From the NCBI GenBank assembly GCA_964014485.1, contig CAXHAT010000027.1:1-51382 (forward strand): a DNA stretch of 51,382 bases, written 5' to 3'. The DNA is from an uncultured Deferribacteres bacterium (GTDB lineage: Bacteria > Zhuqueibacterota > Zhuqueibacteria > Zhuqueibacterales > Geothermadaptataceae). Both the position numbers and the translations under genes were made by a program. Below the pieces are notes generated by a model. It was not told the DNA's origin. It ran no database searches and was given only the letters and a program-made list of their open reading frames with translations. This document shows positions 1 to 10,084 of the stretch, one piece after another. Numbering within the stretch: position 1 is the stretch's first letter; every line of letters begins with the position of its first letter.

Positions 1-98
1 GGAATCCAGGGGCTGTGCGCGATTGACTGGATTCCCGCCTGCGCGGGAATGACCTTGGCAGGAGTTTCTTTGGCTTCATAGCTGGCGCGTAACATCAG
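1..98. mobile_element. MITE copy 1 (left end truncated by window edge), CTGATGTTAC-TIR family with CGTC-type REP doublet
   Basis: Ends in GTAACATCAG. Right arm CTGGATTCCCGCCTGCGCGGGAATGAC...TTTGGCTTCATAG is shared with the copies at 10085 and 39642. Confidence 0.8.
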
Positions 99-183
99 TT
101 ACCAATAGAGAACTTGGGTAGGAGCGCGATGTTTCGTTCCCCTGCATTCTTAAATGCGGTTCTGACAGACCGCTTTTTTTAAT

Positions 184-2046
184 TTGAAGGCGAATTTTAT
201 GAACTGTGGTTGTAAAACCAAAAAGTTTACAGTAGGCCAATCGCGAATTTTTAAAGCCGCTCTGTACTTCATATTGCTGTCGCTCGGAGTTTCAGCTGCT
301 TTGGCGCAAAGCAAGCTCTATCGCGGGGCGGAGTATCGCACGAAGGAGCCGTTTGTTTACGGCAAGTATGAAGCGCGCATGAAATCCGCTGGCGGGGCTG
401 GACTCGTGTCGTCTTTTTTTACGTACCACGACGTTGAGAACCCCGTCTCGGTGTGGAACGAAATCGACGTCGAAATTCTGGGGCGATACACGAACGAAAT
501 ACAATTCACCACCATCACGCCCGGGTTCATTTTCCGCCCGGTCAGGCATGTCATCTCCGGCAATCCGCACTTGTCTTTTCATGTCATTGGGTTTGAGTGG
601 ACGCCGGACTATGTCGCCTGGTTTGTCGACGGCTACGAAGTGCTGCGCGACAACAATGACTACATCCAGACGCTGTTCCGCGAACAGAAATTAATGATGA
701 ACATTTGGCCGCCGATTCATACTGATTGGGTGGGGCTGCTCGATCCTGATATTTTGCCGGTTTATGCTTACTATGACTGGATCAAACGCTACGAATATAC
801 GCCGGGCGTCAATGGAAATTTTACCCTTGATTGGGTGGACAATCTCGACGATTGGGATCAGGAGCGTTGGGAGATGGGCACGCATAGCTGGCCGGAAAAC
901 ACTGCGCAATTTACGCCGGAGAACGTCGTCTTTAAAAACGGGTACATGATTTTATGCTTAACCAAGCCCGACAAACTGGGCTATGGCGGCAGCATCATCG
1001 TTGATCTCGATCTTGATCCTGCCAATGTCGTTTGGGCGCGCGCGGACGCTCGAACTGTGCGTGTATTTTTTTCGGAAAAGGTCGAGGCGGTTTCTGCTGA
1101 AAATATTTCAAACTACTCAATCCCTCAGGTCGAAATCCGCTCCGCAAAATTGCTGGATGACGGCAAAACAGTTGCTCTGGACGTAGGCGATTTGGAGCCT
1201 GCTCAAACACACACACTCACCGTTACCGGGATTATTGACGCTTCTCGGCTTTCGCACAAAATGCCCTCGCAAGAGGTTGAAATTGCGCTGGGAATGGAAT
1301 TCCCGATCAAAGTTAATATTGGCGGCGAAGAGAGAAGCGGGTTTCTTGCCGATTCTACCTGGAATTTTTTCCAGGAATACGGCGCCACCGGAGGCATACC
1401 ACAAGATCGTCCGCAGGGAACCGTCATCTCCGGCGACGACGCCGAGGTTTTGAATTCGGAGCGGGAAAACATTACTTTTTTTCAGGTGCGCGCGCCAAAC
1501 GGCGTTTACGACGTGAATCTGCTGATGGCGGACTCAAAATATGAATCGCCGGGCGAACGCGTTTTCAATGTCTTCGCTGAGGAAAATCCCGTTCTCGAGA
1601 ATCTTGATATTGTTGCCGAGGCCGGGAAGAATGCAGCCTTGATGAAGACGATTCCAGGCGTCGTCGTGGAAGACGGCGTGCTCGATTTGTACTTTGAAAG
1701 ACAAGCGGGCGAAACGACTTTGAGCGGGGTCGAAGTTATTCAAAGAACAGTGACCAGCGCGCCGCAGACGCCGGTTTTGCCTGATAACTTTTCGTTGCAT
1801 ATTTACCCGAACCCGTTCAATCCCGCGGCGAAAATTGCGTTCGAAATACCTGAACCGTTGCATGTCAAATTAACGGTCTTTGATGCGCAAGGACGGACAG
1901 TGAGGACGCTTCTCGATGATCAAATCGGGCGGGGAAGCCGTGAATTGATTTTTGAAGCTCAAAATCTAAGCTCCGGCGTGTATTTTTTTACACTTTCGAT
2001 TGATGGAAGTTTGCGATTTGTAAAAAAAGCGCTTTATTTGAAATAA
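184..2046 (+). CDS. GH16 beta-glucanase (lichenase-like) with Ig-like and malectin domains and T9SS C-terminal sorting domain
   Basis: WNEIDVEILG catalytic EIDxE motif; malectin-like GERVFNV..LENLDIVAEAG; C-terminal YPNPFNP...LSSGVYF; signal peptide. True start may be ATG 199. Confidence 0.88.
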   Translation: MKANFMNCGCKTKKFTVGQSRIFKAALYFILLSLGVSAALAQSKLYRGAEYRTKEPFVYGKYEARMKSAGGAGLVSSFFTYHDVENPVSVWNEIDVEILGRYTNEIQFTTITPGFIFRPVRHVISGNPHLSFHVIGFEWTPDYVAWFVDGYEVLRDNNDYIQTLFREQKLMMNIWPPIHTDWVGLLDPDILPVYAYYDWIKRYEYTPGVNGNFTLDWVDNLDDWDQERWEMGTHSWPENTAQFTPENVVFKNGYMILCLTKPDKLGYGGSIIVDLDLDPANVVWARADARTVRVFFSEKVEAVSAENISNYSIPQVEIRSAKLLDDGKTVALDVGDLEPAQTHTLTVTGIIDASRLSHKMPSQEVEIALGMEFPIKVNIGGEERSGFLADSTWNFFQEYGATGGIPQDRPQGTVISGDDAEVLNSERENITFFQVRAPNGVYDVNLLMADSKYESPGERVFNVFAEENPVLENLDIVAEAGKNAALMKTIPGVVVEDGVLDLYFERQAGETTLSGVEVIQRTVTSAPQTPVLPDNFSLHIYPNPFNPAAKIAFEIPEPLHVKLTVFDAQGRTVRTLLDDQIGRGSRELIFEAQNLSSGVYFFTLSIDGSLRFVKKALYLK

Positions 2047-2098
2047 TATGGTTTTCACTTAACCCCTAAACCCACACTACTTACTTTGGAGGAGACTG

Positions 2099-4690
2099 AT
2101 GAAGAAAAAGCTACTGCTGCTGGCTCTGGTTATGGCGCCGAGTTTGGCAACGGGACAACAAGTGATTGACCTTTACAACGCTGCGCCGGATTCCGGATTT
2201 TGGTTTTTGGAATCTGTAGCGAGCTCAGACACGAGCGGCGTTGTGCTTACGTACACGGACGAACAAGTCGCTGAAGGCGCAAATTCGATGCGCATTGATT
2301 ACACTGTGCAAGCAACGGAAGCTTGGGGCGGTTTTACCAACATCATGCGTATTGCACCCGGCTCTGAAGTCTTTGACTTCTCTCTCGCTACGCATTTAAG
2401 TCTTAAGTATTACGTGGGTTCGCCGTCGTCGCTGCCGGGAACGGTGGAATTCCGCATTCTCTTAAAAGACGCGAGTGAAACTGGCGTTGACGTTTTGCCT
2501 GAAGACATCGGCAATACCGAATTCTGGTATTCGCATAATCAGATTCTCGAGGCGGAGCCGGGATGGAATGAGTTGCTTTTGCCGCTGGAAGACGTTCAGG
2601 GTATTACTGACGGCGGCGGCATGTGGTTGCCGGGCTGGGCCGGCGCTCCCGGAAACGGCATGCTTGATTTAGACAAAATCAAAGCGGTCAAATTTGAGTT
2701 TTCCATCAATGGTTCGCCGCACAATGTAGATGATCCGTCAATGTCAGGTATTTCCGTCGGCACAATTTACCTTGACGATTTCCGTGCGGTCGGTCACAGA
2801 AACCCTGTGATTGACATTTTTGATGACGCATCGACGCGCGACGCTCAATATTTTGGCACAGGCAGCGGCAGCATCGGCGTGACCGACATTACCGAAGGCG
2901 CTTTCGAAGACATTTCAGCGCAAATGGATTGGACGGTTGACGCCGACCAGCCTTGGGGCGGTTTTACGAGCGTTCTTTACGGCGGTGATGATTTTCTCGC
3001 CGACGCTTCCACTTTCTCCCATTACAGTCTGCGCTACAATAATCTGGCGTCCTCTGACATGCCGGGCAACGTCGTTTTCAGAATTCAACTCCATGAGTTC
3101 AGCGAAGGCGACGACATGGAAGAAGTTTGGATTTATGAAAACGCCGGATTGCTCGACGAAGCGCCAAGCGACTGGCAGCAATTGCTTGTTCCTTTGACGG
3201 ATCGCGGCTTTGGCCCTCCGCCAAACAGCGAAGGCTTTTCCAATCCAGGCTGGTCTGGCGTTCCGGGCAACAGCAAGCTCGATTTCGACAAGGTCAAGAG
3301 CTACGAGATCGTTTTCTCCGGAATCAACCAAGGAACCGTTTCGACCGGCTCCATTGCGTTTGACAACCTTGAACTCTACGGCTTTCGCGAAACGGATTTC
3401 ACCGCGCCAAACGCGCCGGAAGGCGTAACCGGCGTGCCCGATCCGGACAACAATTTTAACCTCGTTATTTGGCAAGACGTGCCCGGCGAAACAGGCGAAA
3501 CTTACAACGTTTACGCCAGCCTCGATCCAATCTCCGACGTTAATGACCCCGGCGTTGAGAGCGTTGCTTTGGGGATCGCACGCGGCGCTCAAACGGCGGT
3601 GCATTCGTTAACCTATCCGCTTGCGGATACGGAAGTCAGCTATTTTTACGCTGTGACGGCGACGGATCCGGCTGGCAATACCAGCGCTGTCGGCGCTTCC
3701 GCAGGTTCTACGACAAATACGGCGCGCGGCGTCTCCACCATTTCTCTGAACCCGCCGGGCGATTTTGCCGCGGACGGTGATTTGGGTGAGTGGGAAACCA
3801 GCGGCATTCAACCGTTTGTTCTCACCCCTTCCGGAAGTAAAATCGCAATCGGATCGTTTAATGACGACAACGATTTGACCGCAACGATCTACATGGCTGT
3901 GGACAATGAATATCTCTATATTGCGGCAGACGTTATCGATGACGTCTTCTCATACGACCCTGAAGGCAACTGGTGGGAAGACGACGCCATCGAATTGTTC
4001 ATCGGTTTTTATGATTTACGCGGCCCGCAGCACGGCGGTTTTGAACGCGGCGCTCAGCCGGATTATCAACTCAGCCTGCGGAAAGACGTGCTTGTCAACG
4101 GGCGCAACGGCGACGCGATTCTGTCCGACTCCACCGAATATCATTATGAAGATTTCGGCGCGGCGGATTATGTTATTGAGACGCGCATCAAACTCGCCGA
4201 TATTGCATTTGGCGATGATGTTGTGCTGAGTCCGGAAAACGGCATGCGCATTCCGATTGACATTGCAGTGCACGACTCCGACGCGCCCAACACCCGCGAC
4301 GGCGTTGTGGCGTTTTCACAAGGCAACGACGACAATTCGTGGCAGTCGCCGACCAACTGGGCCCACACCTGGATCGGCGATCAGTTTATGACCGTTTCCG
4401 TCGGCGATGAAGATGCTTTCTTCCCGACAGAATACAGCTTGCGTCAAAACTACCCGAATCCGTTTAACCCAACCACGACGATCAGCTTTTCTTTGGCAAA
4501 GTCAGCGCCTGTCCAACTTGAGATTTTTAACTCTCTCGGTCAGCGCGTTCGCACCATTATCGATGAAGTCAGAGCGGCAGGCGAGCACACGTTCCAAATT
4601 CAAGCTGGAGACCTTTCTTCCGGCCTGTATTTCTACAAGCTCGTCACACCGGAATTCACCGATACGAAGAAGATGATTTTGATGAAGTAA
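2099..4690 (+). CDS. Secreted multi-domain carbohydrate-binding protein (two CBM11-like repeats, FN3-like domain, CBM9/DOMON-like domain, T9SS CTD)
   Basis: RBS GGAGGAG; signal peptide; duplicated WGGFT...PGNxxLDxDK module; DGDLGEW...LYIAADVIDD...DAIELF CBM9-like motif; QNYPNPFNP CTD. Confidence 0.75.
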   Translation: MKKKLLLLALVMAPSLATGQQVIDLYNAAPDSGFWFLESVASSDTSGVVLTYTDEQVAEGANSMRIDYTVQATEAWGGFTNIMRIAPGSEVFDFSLATHLSLKYYVGSPSSLPGTVEFRILLKDASETGVDVLPEDIGNTEFWYSHNQILEAEPGWNELLLPLEDVQGITDGGGMWLPGWAGAPGNGMLDLDKIKAVKFEFSINGSPHNVDDPSMSGISVGTIYLDDFRAVGHRNPVIDIFDDASTRDAQYFGTGSGSIGVTDITEGAFEDISAQMDWTVDADQPWGGFTSVLYGGDDFLADASTFSHYSLRYNNLASSDMPGNVVFRIQLHEFSEGDDMEEVWIYENAGLLDEAPSDWQQLLVPLTDRGFGPPPNSEGFSNPGWSGVPGNSKLDFDKVKSYEIVFSGINQGTVSTGSIAFDNLELYGFRETDFTAPNAPEGVTGVPDPDNNFNLVIWQDVPGETGETYNVYASLDPISDVNDPGVESVALGIARGAQTAVHSLTYPLADTEVSYFYAVTATDPAGNTSAVGASAGSTTNTARGVSTISLNPPGDFAADGDLGEWETSGIQPFVLTPSGSKIAIGSFNDDNDLTATIYMAVDNEYLYIAADVIDDVFSYDPEGNWWEDDAIELFIGFYDLRGPQHGGFERGAQPDYQLSLRKDVLVNGRNGDAILSDSTEYHYEDFGAADYVIETRIKLADIAFGDDVVLSPENGMRIPIDIAVHDSDAPNTRDGVVAFSQGNDDNSWQSPTNWAHTWIGDQFMTVSVGDEDAFFPTEYSLRQNYPNPFNPTTTISFSLAKSAPVQLEIFNSLGQRVRTIIDEVRAAGEHTFQIQAGDLSSGLYFYKLVTPEFTDTKKMILMK

Positions 4691-4696
4691 GGAAAT

Positions 4697-4730
4697 ATTG
4701 TAGAGGCGCGATGCATCGCGTCTCTACAAT
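4697..4730. repeat. GTAG-type REP palindrome
   Basis: ATTGTAGAGGCGCGATGCATCGCGTCTCTACAAT is a near-perfect palindrome just after a stop codon; relatives at 24989 and 41199. Confidence 0.7.
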
Positions 4731-4793
4731 CGTGTGCAAAGAGTAACCTCACACATAGAGGGCATGCCTGAATTGGAAATAGTCCCACTAAGG

Positions 4794-4831
4794 ACGCGCG
4801 GCGCATTTTGAACTGCGCTGCGCGTTTATTT
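4794..4831 (+). terminator. Possible intrinsic terminator
   Basis: 12-bp GC-rich stem ACGCGCGGCGCA/TGCGCTGCGCGT followed by TTATTT. Confidence 0.4.
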
Positions 4832-4853
4832 CTCGCTCCGTTTTTAAATCCTG

Positions 4854-5846
4854 ATGAATAAAAAGAAAGACCCCATAGACATACTGGTCGTCGGCGCCGG
4901 GCCGATTGGCATAGCCTGCGGCGTTGAAGCGACCTTGAGCGGCCTCGATCACGTGATTATTGAGAAAGGCTGCCTGACCGATGCAGTTTATCAATTCCCC
5001 AAGAACCTCGTTTTTTTTTCAACGGCTGATTTGCTAGAGTTGGCCGATATTCCTTTTCTGAGCGCCGACGCGAAACCGACGCGTGCGGAGATTCTCAACT
5101 ACTACAAGCGCATCGCGCAGTATTTTAAGCTCGAAACCAATCTCTTCGAAGAAGTTCGCGAGATTAAGCAAGAGGGCGACGTTTTTAGCGTCACGACGAG
5201 CAAGAGAAATTATTTGGCCAGGAAAGTGGTTCTGGCAATTGGCTTTTACGACCATCCCAAAATGATGAACATCCCCGGTGAGGATTTGCCGAAAGTAAGT
5301 CATTTCTATCAGGAGCCGCATTCTTACTACTTGCAAAAAGTCGTCGTGGTTGGCGGCGGAAACTCGGCGGTTGAATCGGCGCTGGAGCTCTATCGCGGCG
5401 GCGCCAAAAAAGTGACCGTCGTGCATCGGCATGAAAACGTGAACGCCAGCGTGAAATACTGGATTCGCCCGGATTTTATCAATCGCGTCAAAGAAGGTTC
5501 TATTGAGGCGTACTTCAATTCTCGGCTGACCAAGATCACAGAGAATTCCGTCGTCATAGAGCGCGACAATGGTGAAGAATTGGAAATTGAGAACGATTTT
5601 GTGCTGGCCATGACGGGCTACCACACGGATTTTGATTTTTTGAAAAAAGTCGGCGTGCGTTTGGATAGCGAGCAAAAGCGTCCCGCGCACGACGAAGAGA
5701 CCATGGAAACCAACGTTCCCGGCGTTTACATCGCCGGCGTGGCGACTGGGGGCATGAACACCAACCGCATTTTCATTGAAAACGGGCGCGTTCACGCGAA
5801 GCGGATCATGAAAGATATTTTGAAGAAAATGGGGCGGAAGGTTTGA
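4854..5846 (+). CDS. ypdA: YpdA-family putative bacillithiol disulfide reductase
   Basis: GAGPIG FAD motif, FFST..LE, GGGNSA, VKYWIRPD and FIENGRVH motifs characteristic of YpdA. Confidence 0.88.
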   Translation: MNKKKDPIDILVVGAGPIGIACGVEATLSGLDHVIIEKGCLTDAVYQFPKNLVFFSTADLLELADIPFLSADAKPTRAEILNYYKRIAQYFKLETNLFEEVREIKQEGDVFSVTTSKRNYLARKVVLAIGFYDHPKMMNIPGEDLPKVSHFYQEPHSYYLQKVVVVGGGNSAVESALELYRGGAKKVTVVHRHENVNASVKYWIRPDFINRVKEGSIEAYFNSRLTKITENSVVIERDNGEELEIENDFVLAMTGYHTDFDFLKKVGVRLDSEQKRPAHDEETMETNVPGVYIAGVATGGMNTNRIFIENGRVHAKRIMKDILKKMGRKV

Positions 5847-7039
5847 ACCGTAAAGCCGGTATAGAATCGCGCGCAATAGGAAGAGTTTTTTTAATTTTTG
5901 CCAAGACCGCGTCGACTCTACTGTCGGCATTATGGCTTTTTACCGGTTGCAACGTACTCAGCCCGGAGAATAGTGAAAATGATCCCGCCCTACGAATTGT
6001 CGATGTGACTGATCTTGGCTTGTTGGAAACAAATGCGATTATTCGAGGCCGCGACGGCGGGTATAGCGGCGTTTTCAGAAATCGGTCAATCTGGCTCTAT
6101 GGGGATACGGTTTTAGAACAAGAAGGGGAAGACGGGCAGACCTGGCGTCACAATTCGTGGTCTTGGACGTCTGATCTTAACGCCGCGGACGGCGTTACCG
6201 GGTTTCAGGAACGCGTAGACGCTGTTGCGGCGCCGAAAGAGTTCTTTCCGCTCACGCCAACTGAAAAGGCATTTAATGACGCCCACCTGCAAAACGGATG
6301 CGTGGAAGAACCCTGCGGAGCTCGCTGGGCGCTCTGGCCCGGCGCGATGGTCAACGATTTTATCCATGATCGAGCGTTGATTTTCTATTCCAAAATCTAT
6401 GCGGAACCGGGAGACCTCAATTTCCGTGCGGTTGGTTATTCTGTTGCCGTTTGGGATGATTTTGAGGCGGAACCGATACGCCCTGAGTTTCAAAATGTTC
6501 CTGATGAACCCATGTTGTTGTTCGGCGCAAACGATCCTTCATTCGGAAGCGCCGCCATCGTTGTTGACTCGACGCTTTACATTTACGGACGCGGTCATGA
6601 CAATATCAGCAAGCCGATCCATATCGCCAAAGTTGTCCTGGCGAAAGCGCTCGATTTGTCCGCCTGGCAATTTTACAATGACAAGGAGCGTTGGACGGCG
6701 AACCTTGAAGCTTCAGGCCCTGTTTTCAATGGCAATGATATCATGTCAATTTGGTATAACACATACCTCGGCAAATTCATTGCGATTTACAGCAAACCGC
6801 TTGGCAGGGACGTTGTTCTACGCACGGCGGATAAGCCTGAGGGGCCGTGGTCTTCTGAGCTTAAGATTTTTAAAGCAAAAAAGCCTGCAAGTGAAAACGG
6901 CTGGATTTATGATGCGCTGGCGCATCCGGAATATTCCCGTGCTGACGGTCGGCTCAATTACCTCACATATTCCAGGGTAACTGGTTTTTTTGCATCTGAG
7001 GTCAGATTGGTTTCGGTGGAAATTTCACTTCTTAAATGA
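5843..7039 (+). CDS. DUF4185-like beta-propeller lipoprotein (GH183-related, putative glycoside hydrolase)
   Basis: Lipobox LFTGC; GRDGGYS..WLYGDT, ADKPEGPWS and YDALAHPE motifs. Start uncertain (TTG). Confidence 0.6.
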   Translation: MNRKAGIESRAIGRVFLIFAKTASTLLSALWLFTGCNVLSPENSENDPALRIVDVTDLGLLETNAIIRGRDGGYSGVFRNRSIWLYGDTVLEQEGEDGQTWRHNSWSWTSDLNAADGVTGFQERVDAVAAPKEFFPLTPTEKAFNDAHLQNGCVEEPCGARWALWPGAMVNDFIHDRALIFYSKIYAEPGDLNFRAVGYSVAVWDDFEAEPIRPEFQNVPDEPMLLFGANDPSFGSAAIVVDSTLYIYGRGHDNISKPIHIAKVVLAKALDLSAWQFYNDKERWTANLEASGPVFNGNDIMSIWYNTYLGKFIAIYSKPLGRDVVLRTADKPEGPWSSELKIFKAKKPASENGWIYDALAHPEYSRADGRLNYLTYSRVTGFFASEVRLVSVEISLLK

Positions 7040-7054
7040 TAAAGGAAAGGTAGG

Positions 7055-8449
7055 ATGGCTGATAATTTTGACGTAATCGTCGTTGGCGGGGGGCCGGGGG
7101 GATACACGGCGGCGATTCGTGCGGCGCAGTTAGGCAAGAAAACTGCGATTGTCGAAAAAGATAAATTGGGCGGATTGTGCCTGAACTGGGGCTGCATTCC
7201 AAGTAAAGCGTTGATTCGCAGCGCCGAAGTTTACCATCTGATCAATGACGCGGAAAGCTTTGGTTTTTCCGTCGGCGATGTGAAAGTCAATTTTGACAAA
7301 GTCGTCCAGCGCAGTCGTGGCATTGCCGGGAAGCTGAACAAGGGCGTTGAATTTTTGATGCGCAAAAACAAGATCAAGCACTTCGCGGGCACGGCGGATT
7401 TGGCGCAAAAGGGGCAAGTTGCGGTCACAAATGCCGAGGGCAAAACCGAGACGATTTCTGGATCAAGTATTATCATCGCCACCGGCGGAAATCACCGTTC
7501 GCTTCCTGGCATTGAAGTCGATCACAAACAGGTGATCAATAGCTCAGACGCAATGATTTTGGATCGCATTCCCAAATCGATGATCGTCATCGGCGGCGGG
7601 CCGATCGGCGTTGAGTTTGCGTACATCTACGCGGCATTCGGCACGGAAATCACCATCGTCGAAATGATGCCGCATATTCTGCCGTTTGAAGATGAAGAGA
7701 GCATCAAAATTTTGACGCGCAGTTTCAAAAAGCAGAAGATCAAAATCGAGACCGAGACCAAAGTCGCCGGACTGAAAAAATCGAAAGACGGCGTTGAAGT
7801 TGAGGTCGAATCCGCCAAAGGCAAAAAGACGCTTTCCGCCGAGATCGCGTTGATGGCGGTCGGTTTTTCCGGAAATACGGAAAATCTGGGCTTGGAAAAA
7901 CTGGGCGTCGCAACGGATCGCAGTTTTATCAAGGTCGATGCGATGTGTCAGACGAATGTTCCCGGCTACTACGCCATTGGCGACGTGGTCGGCGCGCCGC
8001 TTTTGGCGCACGTGGCTTCGGCGGAGGGGATTGTCGCCGTTGAGCATTTGGCGGGCGAAAATCCGCAGCCGGTGGATTATAAAAATATTCCGAGTTGCAC
8101 CTACTGTCACCCGCAGGTGGCCAGTGTCGGCATAACGGAAAAAGCGGCGAAAGAAGCGGGACATGAACTCAAAGTCGGGCGTTTCCCGTTCAGCGCTTTG
8201 GGCAAGGCCATCGCTATTGGCGACACGGACGGCATGGTGAAATTGGTTTTTGACGCCAAGTACGGCGAATTGCTCGGCGCCCACATCATCGGTGCGGAAG
8301 CGACTGATCTGATCGCTGAATTGGGAACGGCGCGCGCGCTCGAAACGACGTATCATGAACTCATGAAAACCGTTCACGCTCACCCGACGCTCTCCGAAGC
8401 CGTGATGGAAGCGGCTGCGGACGCGCTTGGGGAAGCGATTAATTTTTAG
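7055..8449 (+). CDS. lpdA: Dihydrolipoamide dehydrogenase (E3)
   Basis: GGGPGGY, GGLCLNWGCIPSKAL redox disulfide and HAHPTLSE motifs. Confidence 0.97.
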   Translation: MADNFDVIVVGGGPGGYTAAIRAAQLGKKTAIVEKDKLGGLCLNWGCIPSKALIRSAEVYHLINDAESFGFSVGDVKVNFDKVVQRSRGIAGKLNKGVEFLMRKNKIKHFAGTADLAQKGQVAVTNAEGKTETISGSSIIIATGGNHRSLPGIEVDHKQVINSSDAMILDRIPKSMIVIGGGPIGVEFAYIYAAFGTEITIVEMMPHILPFEDEESIKILTRSFKKQKIKIETETKVAGLKKSKDGVEVEVESAKGKKTLSAEIALMAVGFSGNTENLGLEKLGVATDRSFIKVDAMCQTNVPGYYAIGDVVGAPLLAHVASAEGIVAVEHLAGENPQPVDYKNIPSCTYCHPQVASVGITEKAAKEAGHELKVGRFPFSALGKAIAIGDTDGMVKLVFDAKYGELLGAHIIGAEATDLIAELGTARALETTYHELMKTVHAHPTLSEAVMEAAADALGEAINF

Positions 8450-8455
8450 TCAACG

Positions 8456-8527
8456 GTCATCAGTGATTAGTCATTTGCGCCATATCAGCTCTAATTACCA
8501 ATGACTCATCACTGACAACTCACTCAT
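8456..8527. repeat. Heptamer-periodic inverted repeat (hairpin)
   Basis: GTCATCA GTGATTA GTCATTT ... AATGACT CATCACT GACAACT; 15/16-bp stem between 8460-8475 and 8500-8515. Confidence 0.55.
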
Positions 8528-8538
8528 CGCTATTCGTC

Positions 8539-9237
8539 ATGCTAAAACCGATGATCGGCAATCTCATCTACCAACGAAACTGGCGCTACAAAGAAGCGTG
8601 GGACGCACAAAACGCGCTGCTGGAAATGCGCAAAGCGGACGAAATAACCGACGTTTTGATTTTGACTGATCATCCGCCGGTTTACACGCTCGGCAAAAAC
8701 GCCACCGGCGTGAATATGCTGATTTCGGAAGATGCGGCGGCGAAACAGGGAATCGACGTGCATTGGATCGACCGCGGCGGGGACATCACATTTCACGGCC
8801 CGGAGCAGTTGGTCGGCTACCCGATTTTTAATCTGGGCGCTTTGTACCGGGACGTTGGGCGGTTTTTGCGCGAACTTGAGGAAGCGCTGATCCTGTCGCT
8901 GGCCGAATTCGGAATCTCAGGCGGCAGAACGCCCGGACTGACCGGCGTTTGGGTGGAAGGCGCAAAGGTCGCGGCGATTGGCGTTAGACTCTCGCGCTGG
9001 TACAGCAAACACGGCTTCGCGCTCAATGTAAACACCGATCTTAACTATTTCAAAAGCATTATTCCTTGCGGCATAAACGATAAGCCTGTGACTTCAATGC
9101 AAGAGATTCTGGGAAAGAAGATCGATTTTGCTCAAGTCGCCGAAGCCGTCGAAAGAAGCGTTTCCGAAGTGTTTGGCTTTGATTTTACATGGACGACATT
9201 TTCAGAACTCATCTCAATTCAGGAACCGCAAGGATGA
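8539..9237 (+). CDS. lipB: Octanoyltransferase LipB
   Basis: HPPVYTLG, RGGDITFHGPEQLVGYP, KVAAIGV, HGFALNV and IIPCGI motifs. Confidence 0.95.
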   Translation: MLKPMIGNLIYQRNWRYKEAWDAQNALLEMRKADEITDVLILTDHPPVYTLGKNATGVNMLISEDAAAKQGIDVHWIDRGGDITFHGPEQLVGYPIFNLGALYRDVGRFLRELEEALILSLAEFGISGGRTPGLTGVWVEGAKVAAIGVRLSRWYSKHGFALNVNTDLNYFKSIIPCGINDKPVTSMQEILGKKIDFAQVAEAVERSVSEVFGFDFTWTTFSELISIQEPQG

Positions 9238-10031
9238 TCCGTTTTAGGCGTTTGTTTCTCTTTTTCACCGGTATATTTCTTTTCCAACTGCAAACATCTT
9301 TCGCGCAAGACAGATACGAGCTGAGTCTGGGCGTTGATCTTCCTCTCGCACTTTCCGGAACGAGTCTGACCGGCTTGGGGATTCATTTCGACAAAAAGCT
9401 TAAACCGTTCACCAAAGAAGAACTCGCACGCCTCAATGCCGAAAACATCCCCGCGTTTGATCGCTGGGTGACGAAGCAATGGTCGCGCTCGGCGGGACGC
9501 GCCAGCGACCATATTTTGCGTGCTTCCGTTCTGGCGCCAATTGTTTTCACGCTGTCTTCCGGGCGGATGCGTTCGGAATGGGGAACGGTAGGTGTGGCTT
9601 TCGTTGAAACGGCGCTGCTCTCGGTGGGGCTGACGGAATTGGCGAAAACGACGGTCAAACGTCCGCGCCCGGCGCTTTACAATCCCGACGTTCCGCTGAG
9701 TTATAAGCTCGACAACACGGACGTGCGCAAGTCATTTTTCTCAGGGCACGTTTCGACAACCGCGATGTCTTCATTTTTTGCCGCGAAAGTCTACGCGGAC
9801 TTTCACCCGAATTCCGACGCCAAAACGCTGGTCTACGCAGGCGCCTTTGCCGCCACAGGCTCCGTGGCTGTTTTGCGCATGTTGGCGGGCAAGCACTTCT
9901 TGTCTGACGTTCTCGTCGGCGCGTTAGTCGGAGGAGCGGTCGGCTACTTCGTGCCCAAGCTGCACCAAAAAGATCGTTTCATTGACGATTCCGACAATTC
10001 TTTCAAGCTAACATTTTTCCTTCCGCTTTAA
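9234..10031 (+). CDS. PAP2-family phosphatase
   Basis: KTTVKRPRP, SFFSGH and RMLAGKHFLSDV motifs; ATG 9234 overlaps the lipB stop (ATGA). Confidence 0.85.
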   Translation: MIRFRRLFLFFTGIFLFQLQTSFAQDRYELSLGVDLPLALSGTSLTGLGIHFDKKLKPFTKEELARLNAENIPAFDRWVTKQWSRSAGRASDHILRASVLAPIVFTLSSGRMRSEWGTVGVAFVETALLSVGLTELAKTTVKRPRPALYNPDVPLSYKLDNTDVRKSFFSGHVSTTAMSSFFAAKVYADFHPNSDAKTLVYAGAFAATGSVAVLRMLAGKHFLSDVLVGALVGGAVGYFVPKLHQKDRFIDDSDNSFKLTFFLPL

Positions 10032-10084
10032 CCGCGCTTTTATTGATTGGCTCCTCGTGATTTTCAGGACAAAAAAATCAGTAA

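Noticed and set aside
2915..8383. Long antisense ORFs (2915-3604, 5034-5930, 7544-8383) and similar ones opposite the SDR, GH57 and kgd genes
   Set aside because: They are shadows of well-supported genes on the other strand, with no recognisable motifs.
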